From: Escherichia coli
GTDB taxonomy: Bacteria > Pseudomonadota > Gammaproteobacteria > Enterobacterales > Enterobacteriaceae
Strand: one strand, 5' to 3'
Length of the DNA: 64,000 nucleotides
Assembly: GCF_024223415.1 (NCBI RefSeq)
Contig: NZ_CP100500.1
The position numbers were made by a program, and so were the translations under genes. A model generated the notes under the pieces. That model was given only the letters and a program-made list of their open reading frames with translations, searched no databases and was not told the origin of the DNA. Positions 57,525-64,000 of the stretch are shown here, piece after piece (positions within the stretch are counted from its first letter, which is position 1; every line of letters begins with the position of its first letter).

Positions 57525-58559
57525 ATGGAAATTCGCATAATGCTATTTATATTAATGATGATGGTTATGCCTGTGAGCTATGCGGCATGTTATAGTGAGT
57601 TATCTGTTCAGCACAATTTGGTTGTTCAGGGGGATTTTGCACTTACTCAAACACAAATGGCGACATATGAGCATAATTTTAATGATTCGTCATGCGTGAG
57701 TACAAATACTATCACCCCTATGAGCCCGTCGGATATTATTGTTGGACTTTATAACGATACCATTAAATTAAATTTACATTTTGAATGGACCAATAAAAAC
57801 AACATCACGTTGTCAAATAATCAGACCAGTTTCACCAGTGGTTATTCAGTTACGGTGACACCTGCGGCCAGTAATGCAAAAGTGAATGTTTCTGCGGGGG
57901 GCGGCGGTTCAGTGATGATTAATGGTGTTGCGACATTATCCAGTGCTTCATCATCGACACGCGGGAGTGCCGCAGTACAATTTCTACTGTGTTTATTAGG
58001 TGGCAAGTCATGGGATGCATGTGTAAATAGCTACAGAAATGCATTGGCACAAAATGCAGGTGTCTATTCCTTTAATCTGACATTGTCATACAACCCGATA
58101 ACCACAACCTGCAAACCGGACGATTTATTAATTACTTTAGACAGTATTCCCGTTTCACAATTACCAGCCACAGGTAACAAAGCAACAATAAATAGTAAAA
58201 AAGAGGATATTATTCTGCGTTGTAAAAATTTATTAGGTCAACAAAATCAAACATCACGGAAAATGCAGGTGTATTTATCAAGTTCTGACTTGTTAACCAA
58301 CAGCAACACAATACTGAAAGGTGCGGAAGATAATGGCGTAGGATTTATTCTTGAAAGTAATGGTTCGCCAGTCACACTTTTAAATATCACTAACAGCAGT
58401 AAAGGATACACAAATTTAAAAGAAATTGCGGCAAAGTCAAAACTTACAGATACAACGGTTTCAATTCCGATAACAGCCAGTTACTACGTCTACGATACAA
58501 ATAAAATTAAATCTGGCGCACTGGAGGCAACCGCATTAATCAACGTGAAATACGACTAA
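57525..58559 (+). CDS. yehA: Fimbrial adhesin-like subunit YehA
   Basis: 344 aa with a signal peptide; last gene of the operon. Confidence 0.9.
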   Translation: MEIRIMLFILMMMVMPVSYAACYSELSVQHNLVVQGDFALTQTQMATYEHNFNDSSCVSTNTITPMSPSDIIVGLYNDTIKLNLHFEWTNKNNITLSNNQTSFTSGYSVTVTPAASNAKVNVSAGGGGSVMINGVATLSSASSSTRGSAAVQFLLCLLGGKSWDACVNSYRNALAQNAGVYSFNLTLSYNPITTTCKPDDLLITLDSIPVSQLPATGNKATINSKKEDIILRCKNLLGQQNQTSRKMQVYLSSSDLLTNSNTILKGAEDNGVGFILESNGSPVTLLNITNSSKGYTNLKEIAAKSKLTDTTVSIPITASYYVYDTNKIKSGALEATALINVKYD

Positions 58560-58615
58560 TAACAAGCAAGACGAGCAAGTGGCTAATAATAAAAAATAAC
58601 AAGGTGTCTGCATTT

Positions 58616-58642
58616 CCCCCTCATGATGAGGGGGCTTTTTTT
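58616..58642 (+). terminator. yehA terminator (overlaps the rcnB 3' end)
   Basis: CCCCCTCA-TGA-TGAGGGGG then CTTTTTTT. Confidence 0.75.
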
Positions 58643-58979
58643 AGCGATGATAAAAAATCTCACCGTCGTAGGCTTTAATGATTTTACCGTCGGTGTCGCT
58701 GATCAACACGTACGCGCCACCCATATAGGTCCAGTGCGTCCCGGCATCAGGCGCGGGCAGGTTACGTAACTGCCACTGCTTAATGTTGTACTCATCGGTG
58801 CGGTACATCTCTGGGACGGTATCACCTGGTTTGAAATGCTTAAAGTCAGCAATGAAACTACTTAACTCATACTTAGAAATTCCCGAGGTATTGGTCGAAC
58901 CCGCGGTGGCTGGTGCGGCCCAGGCGGCACTGGTAACCAGCAAAAGCACACCCAGCAACATCTTATTTTTAATGGTCAT
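58641..58979 (-). CDS. rcnB: Periplasmic Ni/Co homeostasis protein RcnB (YohN)
   Basis: 112 aa starting at MTIKNKMLLGVLLLVTSAAWA. The longer track ORF is rejected as an upstream extension. Confidence 0.9.
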   Translation of the reverse strand: MTIKNKMLLGVLLLVTSAAWAAPATAGSTNTSGISKYELSSFIADFKHFKPGDTVPEMYRTDEYNIKQWQLRNLPAPDAGTHWTYMGGAYVLISDTDGKIIKAYDGEIFYHR

Positions 58980-59197
58980 AAACTCTCCACTTTGGGGATC
59001 TGTAATATCAGTCGCATATCTTTCCTGCCATACAATATAACTGACAAGCGATATTTTGTTAGTGATCCCATGATTTCGTAAAAAGTGTAAATGAAAGGAT
59101 GCCCTAAAAGCATCCTTAGCGAGCAGAGAGTCAGCGGAAATAGCTGATTTAAGAATCATCCTGGGCTGAAGATAACATGCAAGCCTAAAGGATTGAG

Positions 59198-60022
59198 TTA
59201 TCGCATTATGCCCATGAAGCCATGTACGCCCATATACACACCGACTAAGCCAATCAACAGACTGGAAAAATAGGGGGCGCGTTTAGCGAGAGTGTTAAAT
59301 CCGCTCCAGCGTTTTGCGACCTGCTGAACGCTGATTGCTGCGCCAACGCCTACGGTGACAAGCGTTAACGCCAGGCCAATGCTGAAACTGACGACCAGTG
59401 TTGCGCCCAGTGTCAGGGCTTTCAACTGAATGCAAATCAACAGCACGGTAATTGCTGCCGGACAGGGGATAAGACCACCTGTTAAGCCAAATAACAAAAT
59501 TTGCCAGTTGGTGACCTCTCTACCATCAAAGCGTCGTTTAATATCATTGGCATGGGCTCGTGCATGGGCATCCTGATACTCGCCATGTTCGTGATGGTGA
59601 TGATGTCCATGGTCGTGGTGATCTTCGTGATCGTGGTGATGATGTTCATGATCATACTCGTGCATATTCTCCAGCCAGTTGCGTTCGCCGCGCCAGGTAC
59701 GCCAGAACATCCAGAACGCGGTGCCAATAATGATCACTGCGGAAATCAGCTGGAGCCACGGTTCTGCTGATTGAGCAGTAAAGCGCTTGCTGATCACCAT
59801 CCCGCCAAAGGCAATTAACCAGACCACTGCGGTATGCGAAATAGTTGCTGCCAGTCCGAGCATCACCGCCTGTTTAATGGTGCCTTTGATGGCGATGATA
59901 AACGCCGCCATCATCGTTTTTGAGTGCCCTGGTTCCAGGCCATGAAGCGCACCAAGTAAGATGGCGCTGGGGATGAAGAACCAGGCGTTTCCTTGCTGAA
60001 GAAGAGTTGTAAATTCGGTCAT
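59198..60022 (-). CDS. rcnA: Ni/Co efflux protein RcnA
   Basis: 274-aa membrane protein with the His-rich loop HEYDHEHHHHDHEDHHDHGHHHHHEHG. Confidence 0.95.
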   Translation of the reverse strand: MTEFTTLLQQGNAWFFIPSAILLGALHGLEPGHSKTMMAAFIIAIKGTIKQAVMLGLAATISHTAVVWLIAFGGMVISKRFTAQSAEPWLQLISAVIIIGTAFWMFWRTWRGERNWLENMHEYDHEHHHHDHEDHHDHGHHHHHEHGEYQDAHARAHANDIKRRFDGREVTNWQILLFGLTGGLIPCPAAITVLLICIQLKALTLGATLVVSFSIGLALTLVTVGVGAAISVQQVAKRWSGFNTLAKRAPYFSSLLIGLVGVYMGVHGFMGIMR

Positions 60023-60059
60023 GATAATAATTCTTAGTATTAATTCGGCAATCTGATTC

Positions 60060-60095
60060 TACTCCCCCCCCAGTACCTGATACTACCCCCCAGTA
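60060..60095. promoter_or_regulatory. Two RcnR operator sites of TACT-G6-N-AGTA type in the rcnA-rcnR intergenic region
   Basis: TACTCCCCCCCCAGTA (60060-60075) and TACTACCCCCCAGTA (60081-60095), consistent with the published RcnR recognition motif (recalled). Confidence 0.8.
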
Positions 60096-60143
60096 GATTA
60101 ATAGTGCTATGATTTTTCATATTCTTGTTAACCAGGTGTTGCC

Positions 60144-60416
60144 ATGTCTCATACAATCCGTGATAAACAGAAACTGAAAGCGCGTGCCAGTAAGATTCAG
60201 GGCCAGGTCGTGGCGCTCAAGAAAATGCTCGACGAGCCGCACGAATGCGCTGCAGTTTTACAACAGATTGCTGCTATCCGTGGCGCGGTAAACGGTCTGA
60301 TGCGGGAAGTGATTAAAGGTCATCTGACGGAACACATCGTTCACCAGGGGGATGAGCTAAAACGTGAAGAAGATCTGGATGTCGTTCTGAAGGTGCTGGA
60401 TTCATATATCAAATAA
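60144..60416 (+). CDS. rcnR: Ni/Co-responsive repressor RcnR (CsoR/RcnR family)
   Basis: 90 aa starting [22 protein letters not shown]. Confidence 0.95.
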
Positions 60417-60512
60417 TTTATTAACGCGATTGTAAAACTGCCGTTTTTCCTCGTTTACAACGCGTGCGCTGGACATTACCATCCTCCTCTGCGATTTATC
60501 ATCGCAACCAAA

Positions 60513-60557
60513 CGACTCGGGGTGCCCTTCTGCGTGAAGGCTGAGAAATACCCGTAT
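60513..60557 (+). promoter_or_regulatory. 5' part of the thiM TPP riboswitch aptamer (P1 5' strand, P2, P3, CUGAGA pyrimidine-sensor arm), truncated at 60557
   Basis: GACTCGGGGTGCCCTTCTGCGTGAAGGCTGAGAAATACCCGTAT equals the first ~44 nt of the recalled crystallised E. coli thiM aptamer. The expected continuation CACCTGATCTGGATAATGCCAGCG is absent. Confidence 0.8.
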
Positions 60558-60745
60558 TTTCTCATTTAGTGTTTTTTGTGGTTCGGGGTTGTTCGTGGTT
60601 GTTTGTGTATGTGTTTGATATATATTGAATTATTGTGTTTTCTTGTTTGTTGTTGTTCGTCGTTGTTCGTAGAGCTTCAACAAAATGTGTGGTCAGTTGT
60701 GTGGTCAGTTTTTTGAGGCTGGAGGACTGAAAAGAGGATCTGATA

Positions 60746-61969
60746 GTGGGAAAAGCACTAAACAAACTGAGCGATTCGACGTTAAAAAAATTGGCGTCTG
60801 TCCAAGCAGAAAAAGAGCGTTTTTACTCCGACGGGGGCGGGCTGGAGATTAAACACTCAAAGGGCGGCAAATTAACCTGGTATTTCCGGTACCGAACGGG
60901 AGGCCGTGAGGTTGCCGCAGAGCGGTTAAAGCTGGGGGCTTACCCTGAATTGTCGCTGAAAGCTGCAAGGGAAAAACGCGCACAGTGCCGGGCATGGCTG
61001 GCTGAGGGTAAAAACCCCCGTTATGAGTTGTGCGCCACAGTACAGGAAGCGCTAAAACCCGTTACGGTGAAGGAGGCGATTAACTACTGGCTGGATGAAT
61101 ATGCGAAGGATAACCGCAAAGACTACATAAAGCTGGTGCAACGTATGGATAAGCACATCATTTGCCATATAGGGGCAATTCCCCTTGATAAGTGTGATAC
61201 AAGGCAGTGGATCGCATGTTTTGACCGTGTACGAAAAAAAGCACCAGTAGCAGCAGGGCACGTCATGCAAACCTGCAAACAGGCGCTAAAGTTCTGCCGC
61301 AGGAGACGCTACGCGTTCAGTAATGCCCTGGACGATTTGATCGTCAGCGATGTGGGTAAGAGAGCAGAAATTCGCGAGAGGGTGCACAGCAACAGCGAAT
61401 TAAAGGAAATTTTACGCGCTATTGATGGTGATGTGTTCGCGCCTTACTACAGCGCGTTAATGCGCTTGCTGATTGTGTTCGGGTGCAGAACGGCAGAGGT
61501 CAGACTTTCAGAGATCAAAGAATGGGATCTGAAAGAAATGTTGTGGACAGTGCCAAAAGAGCATAGCAAAACGAAGGTAACGATATTCAGGCCAATCCCC
61601 GATGGCATTTTGCCGTTCATTCAGAAGCTGGTGGAGCAGAACCGGCATACAGGGTTATTACTCGGAGAACTGAAAAAAGATACCACGGTAGCGCAATATG
61701 GGCGAAATGCGCATAAGCGGCTTAACCAGGAACACTGGACGCTGCATGACTTTCGCCACACGTTTACAACGATGCTGAACGATTTAGGTGTCGATCCGCA
61801 TATCGTGGAGCACATCACAGCGCATCAGATGCCCGGTCAGCAAAAAACCTATAACCATTCACGCTATTTACAGGCGAAGCGAGACGCTCTGAATCTGTGG
61901 GTTGAGCGCCTCGATGTGCTGGCTGGAAATCATGAAAATATTGTCATATTAAGGGCTGAAAATGAATAA
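60746..61969 (+). CDS. int: Tyrosine integrase, P4/CP4-57 type (DUF4102 N-terminal arm-binding domain)
   Basis: GTG start after AGAGGA. The N-terminal ..FYSDGGGLEIKHSKGGKLTWYFRYR..GAYPELSLKAAREKR is typical of P4-like integrases. The C-terminal HDFRHT...Y catalytic region is present. Confidence 0.9.
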   Translation: MGKALNKLSDSTLKKLASVQAEKERFYSDGGGLEIKHSKGGKLTWYFRYRTGGREVAAERLKLGAYPELSLKAAREKRAQCRAWLAEGKNPRYELCATVQEALKPVTVKEAINYWLDEYAKDNRKDYIKLVQRMDKHIICHIGAIPLDKCDTRQWIACFDRVRKKAPVAAGHVMQTCKQALKFCRRRRYAFSNALDDLIVSDVGKRAEIRERVHSNSELKEILRAIDGDVFAPYYSALMRLLIVFGCRTAEVRLSEIKEWDLKEMLWTVPKEHSKTKVTIFRPIPDGILPFIQKLVEQNRHTGLLLGELKKDTTVAQYGRNAHKRLNQEHWTLHDFRHTFTTMLNDLGVDPHIVEHITAHQMPGQQKTYNHSRYLQAKRDALNLWVERLDVLAGNHENIVILRAENE

Positions 61970-62747
61970 TCTGGGCCGTGTATATCATACGCTGCCAATG
62001 GCAGCTAAAAAAATGGGATGTACTGTAGAGGATATTCTACATTTTGGTGCAACTAACCGACTTGAAATATGTGCGTATATTGATGATATTGAACAGAGAA
62101 AAGATTATTGCACTTTTAATGTGTTTTTTGATAATGAAGATAGCGAGAATAGTTTTTCTAAAACTATAAATAAATATAATTCCATATTTACTGACATGTA
62201 TGAAATATCATTGTTTAATTATAATGATGAGTTTTGTGTTGATGATGAGCGTATGGTTATTGAAGGTTTGTATGCTAATCATATGAAAGGCTTTTTTGCA
62301 ATACCATCTGAATTTCTTGTCGAAGTTGAATTGTCAAGTGCCTGTGAAATCATAAATCTATCGCCTCGTTATTTATATACACCGAAAGGTTATGGTGATT
62401 ATATTCGGTTGGATAGTATAGAAGGTCTTTCTATTCCAGAAAACAGGCTCGTGATATTCGATAGTGAGATATCGGGTTTTAATTATCAAAAGAAACCTAA
62501 ATATGCCGGAGGTGAAAGAGAATCACCTAAAACCAGAGCTAAAAAAGCCGAGATAATACCTGCTCTCATAAAACTGATCCCTGAGATGCAAGATGTGGAT
62601 TTGGAGGATACACCCGTATCCAAAATTGCAGAAATGATAGAGGTTATTGCTGCACAAAGAGGGGTTGAGTTACCTAGCACTCACAGGCAGACATGGCAGA
62701 AATATTTAGGGCGTGATGCTGGTGACGTTCCAAAACGTCAAAAGTGA
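61962..62747 (+). CDS. Hypothetical AT-rich cargo protein (261 aa), possible N-terminal Xis/MerR-like HTH
   Basis: The start overlaps the int stop (ATGAATAA). The N-terminus YHTLPMAAKKMGCTVEDILHFGATNRLE is HTH-like, the middle is acidic and aromatic, and the C-terminus is basic. Confidence 0.6.
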   Translation: MNNLGRVYHTLPMAAKKMGCTVEDILHFGATNRLEICAYIDDIEQRKDYCTFNVFFDNEDSENSFSKTINKYNSIFTDMYEISLFNYNDEFCVDDERMVIEGLYANHMKGFFAIPSEFLVEVELSSACEIINLSPRYLYTPKGYGDYIRLDSIEGLSIPENRLVIFDSEISGFNYQKKPKYAGGERESPKTRAKKAEIIPALIKLIPEMQDVDLEDTPVSKIAEMIEVIAAQRGVELPSTHRQTWQKYLGRDAGDVPKRQK

Positions 62748-62774
62748 TATCACGTACAGATAGTGTGATATCAC
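62744..62774. promoter_or_regulatory. Two copies of the 10-bp palindrome GTGATATCAC, 21 bp centre to centre (operator-like)
   Basis: Exact copies at 62744-62753 and 62765-62774, directly upstream of the alpA leader. Confidence 0.5.
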
Positions 62775-62803
62775 ACAAACGGCATTTTACCACCGCCTAG
62801 AAT

Positions 62804-62837
62804 CGTCCTCGTTCGGCAACGTTCGAGGACGTTTTTT
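62804..62837 (+). terminator. Terminator-like hairpin abutting the alpA start codon and containing its Shine-Dalgarno sequence
   Basis: CGTCCTCG (62804-62811) pairs with CGAGGACG (62824-62831), then TTTTTT, then ATG at 62838. The GAGGA lies in the 3' arm. Confidence 0.55.
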
Positions 62838-63062
62838 ATGAATCAAAATACACAATTTCAATCACTATCAGATCGCGTAATCCGTGAGGATGAATGCCGT
62901 AAGTTAACAGGAGTGTGCCGCACTACACGCTACGAACTGGAGAAAAAAGGGAGCTTTCCGTCTCGCCGTAATCTTGGTGGGCGTTCTGTAGGTTGGCTGC
63001 TGTCCGAGGTTATGGAATGGGTTAAAAGCCGGGATCGCATTAATTCAGGCAAGGCAGCGTAA
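62838..63062 (+). CDS. alpA: AlpA-family transcriptional regulator/excisionase-like protein
   Basis: 74 aa. RVIREDECRKLTGVCRTTRYELEKKGSFPSRRNLGGRSVGWLLSEVMEWV is the typical AlpA/Vis HTH pattern. Confidence 0.85.
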   Translation: MNQNTQFQSLSDRVIREDECRKLTGVCRTTRYELEKKGSFPSRRNLGGRSVGWLLSEVMEWVKSRDRINSGKAA

Positions 63063-63200
63063 AGGGGAGTATATGACACATAAAACAAAGGCGACCGGGG
63101 GCGGTCGCCAATGGGAAAACACTAAACATAAGCCCGGCCATCATAGCGATTTGCTGGCTGGTGGGCAATGTGTCCAGTGTGGTGGCTTGCTGGTGGATTG

Positions 63201-63428
63201 TCAGCCAGGCGGTCGGTTTTTGCCGGATTTAAGCCGCCGTGGGTATTTATCGACAAAATCTTCAAGGGCAAATTTTTCTGGTGGCACTAAGCGCGGCGCT
63301 GGTGGTGGTATTTTTGTTCTGGTTAGTTCTTCCTCAAGTCTGGCGCAGGCTTCTGACTGCCTTTGCCGGATGATTTCATCATCTTGCGTTTGCGTGTCTT
63401 GTATTGGTGATAGTGTGTTGTTGGTCAT
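63201..63428 (-). CDS. Hypothetical charged/Pro-rich protein (75 aa)
   Basis: ORF 57 nt downstream of the YlcI-like gene on the same strand, with a plausible composition but a weak Shine-Dalgarno sequence. Confidence 0.45.
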   Translation of the reverse strand: MTNNTLSPIQDTQTQDDEIIRQRQSEACARLEEELTRTKIPPPAPRLVPPEKFALEDFVDKYPRRLKSGKNRPPG

Positions 63429-63485
63429 GATACTGCCCTGTAAAGCAATGCGCCGTAGTACCTCACACCACGGCGCTGATAGTGA

Positions 63486-63683
63486 TTATTCTGATTCTTT
63501 GGCCTTGCGGCGCTGTTCATATTTTAATTTGCGTCCACAGGCATCTAAGACCCATGCGGAAAAATTAGCACTAGGATTAGTTAATTTTTCTTGTTCAACG
63601 CTGGCATCAATCCCATCTATAAGCTCATGTGGGAATCGAATATTTTTCTTTGCTGATTTGTTGTTTGTGTTACCACTAGACAT
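63486..63683 (-). CDS. YlcI/YnfO-family small protein (DUF3950-like), candidate switch regulator
   Basis: 65 aa. NIRFPHELIDGI...NFSAWVLDACGRKL is paralogous to 5547..5741. A GAGGTG Shine-Dalgarno sequence is present. Confidence 0.7.
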   Translation of the reverse strand: MSSGNTNNKSAKKNIRFPHELIDGIDASVEQEKLTNPSANFSAWVLDACGRKLKYEQRRKAKESE

Positions 63684-63710
63684 TGATGCACCTCACTTAA
63701 ATGGACTTTA

Positions 63711-63790
63711 TGGGCGCACACAATACAGCAAAAAAAGTGAGAAGTTAAGTATTGACATGTGCGCACACATGATTCTAATCTGTGCGCACA
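63711..63790. promoter_or_regulatory. Divergent promoter/operator region: TGTGCGCACA palindromes around a TTGACA-N16/17-TCTAAT(C) rightward promoter
   Basis: Exact 10-bp palindromes at 63758-63767 and 63781-63790, and a 9/10 copy at 63711-63720. TTGACA is at 63752-63757. A leftward candidate is TTAACT-N17-TATTGT. Confidence 0.5.
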
Positions 63791-63882
63791 GTTTGGGTTG
63801 CATTGCTCAAATTAAGCAACGCCCCGCAGTGCTCGCAACACATGCAGGGCGTCTAACCAAACCGTTAATAGGAGTAACGATT

Positions 63883-64000
63883 ATGGCTGGAACACAGCAT
63901 ACCCCACGCCTTGCGCACACACAAACCGCCTTTGTGTGGCGTTTTCTGGCACTGAGTGCCGGAGAATCTCAAATTATCCACGTAACCGCCTGGACGGAAC
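63883..64000 (+). CDS. 5' end of an unidentified gene running off the window
   Basis: ATG at 63883, 8 nt after AGGAG. It reads MAGTQHTPRLAHTQTAFVWRFLALSAGESQIIHVTAWTE.. and is open to the window edge. Confidence 0.5.
   Translation, partial: MAGTQHTPRLAHTQTAFVWRFLALSAGESQIIHVTAWTE

Larger units (their letters stand above)
60558..64000. mobile_element. Integrative element with P4-type integrase and AlpA (satellite/PICI-like or cryptic P4-like prophage); right end outside window
   Basis: There is an abrupt loss of thiM-leader homology at 60557/60558. Beyond it lie arm-like repeats, an integrase, an AT-rich cargo ORF, alpA and a divergent switch region. Confidence 0.75.

Noticed and set aside
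59560-59660. CAT/CAC-rich low-complexity DNA that resembles a microsatellite.
   Set aside because: It encodes the His-rich cytoplasmic loop characteristic of RcnA. It is in frame and is an expected feature.
63073-64000. Stop-free plus-strand frame of more than 300 codons. It starts at an ATG with a good Shine-Dalgarno sequence (AGGGGAG) just after alpA, and it is not in the ORF track because it has no stop in the window.
   Set aside because: It runs antisense through the YlcI-like gene, which is supported by a paralog. Its middle part is Cys/Ser-rich nonsense. Only the last segment, from the ATG at 63883 with its own AGGAG, is treated as a real gene start. A short genuine peptide beginning at 63073 cannot be excluded.

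Overview
The window looks like Escherichia coli chromosome, covering the mlrA-to-thiM interval. By recollection of the K-12 map, the order thiM-rcnR-rcnA-rcnB-yehABCDE-apbC-metG-molR-yehIKLMPQRS-btsRS-mlrA is inverted here. There are three blocks.

(1) 1-31006 is the late half of a lambda-like prophage integrated in mlrA (yehV). It carries an NmpC/Lc-type porin moron, three tRNAs, and a phage-21-type pinholin/SAR-endolysin/spanin lysis cassette with extra inserts. It then has a cos site and a complete lambda-order head and tail gene set, but the major capsid gene E carries a 1-nt frameshift. After these come a collagen-like side fibre and an attR-proximal accessory block: a YadA/Eib-type trimeric autotransporter, a LuxR-type regulator, hydrophobic mini-ORFs and an SOS-boxed DinI-like gene.

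(2) 31007-60557 is core chromosome. It contains btsSR, yehS and yehR, then the functionally unassigned yehLMPQ operon (MoxR AAA+ / DUF5682-like / VWA / double-SWIM). Next to that sit the tandem giant paralogs yehI and an intact molR, followed by metG, apbC, the yehEDCBA chaperone-usher fimbrial locus and rcnB-rcnA/rcnR.

(3) From 60558 to the window edge is a P4-type integrase/AlpA element that looks like a phage satellite. It appears to be inserted inside the aptamer of the thiM TPP riboswitch.

The leads I consider most worth a second look are:
- the yehLMPQ + molR/yehI cluster, as a candidate NTP-driven sensor/effector system;
- the riboswitch-targeting integrative element with its AT-rich cargo gene and palindromic switch;
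- the mosaic insert of two small membrane ORFs in the lysis cassette;
- a structured tRNA-like RNA region upstream of the holin gene.

No CRISPR array, rRNA, IS element or stx genes were seen. All homology statements rest on reading the translations and recalling reference sequences. No database search was run.
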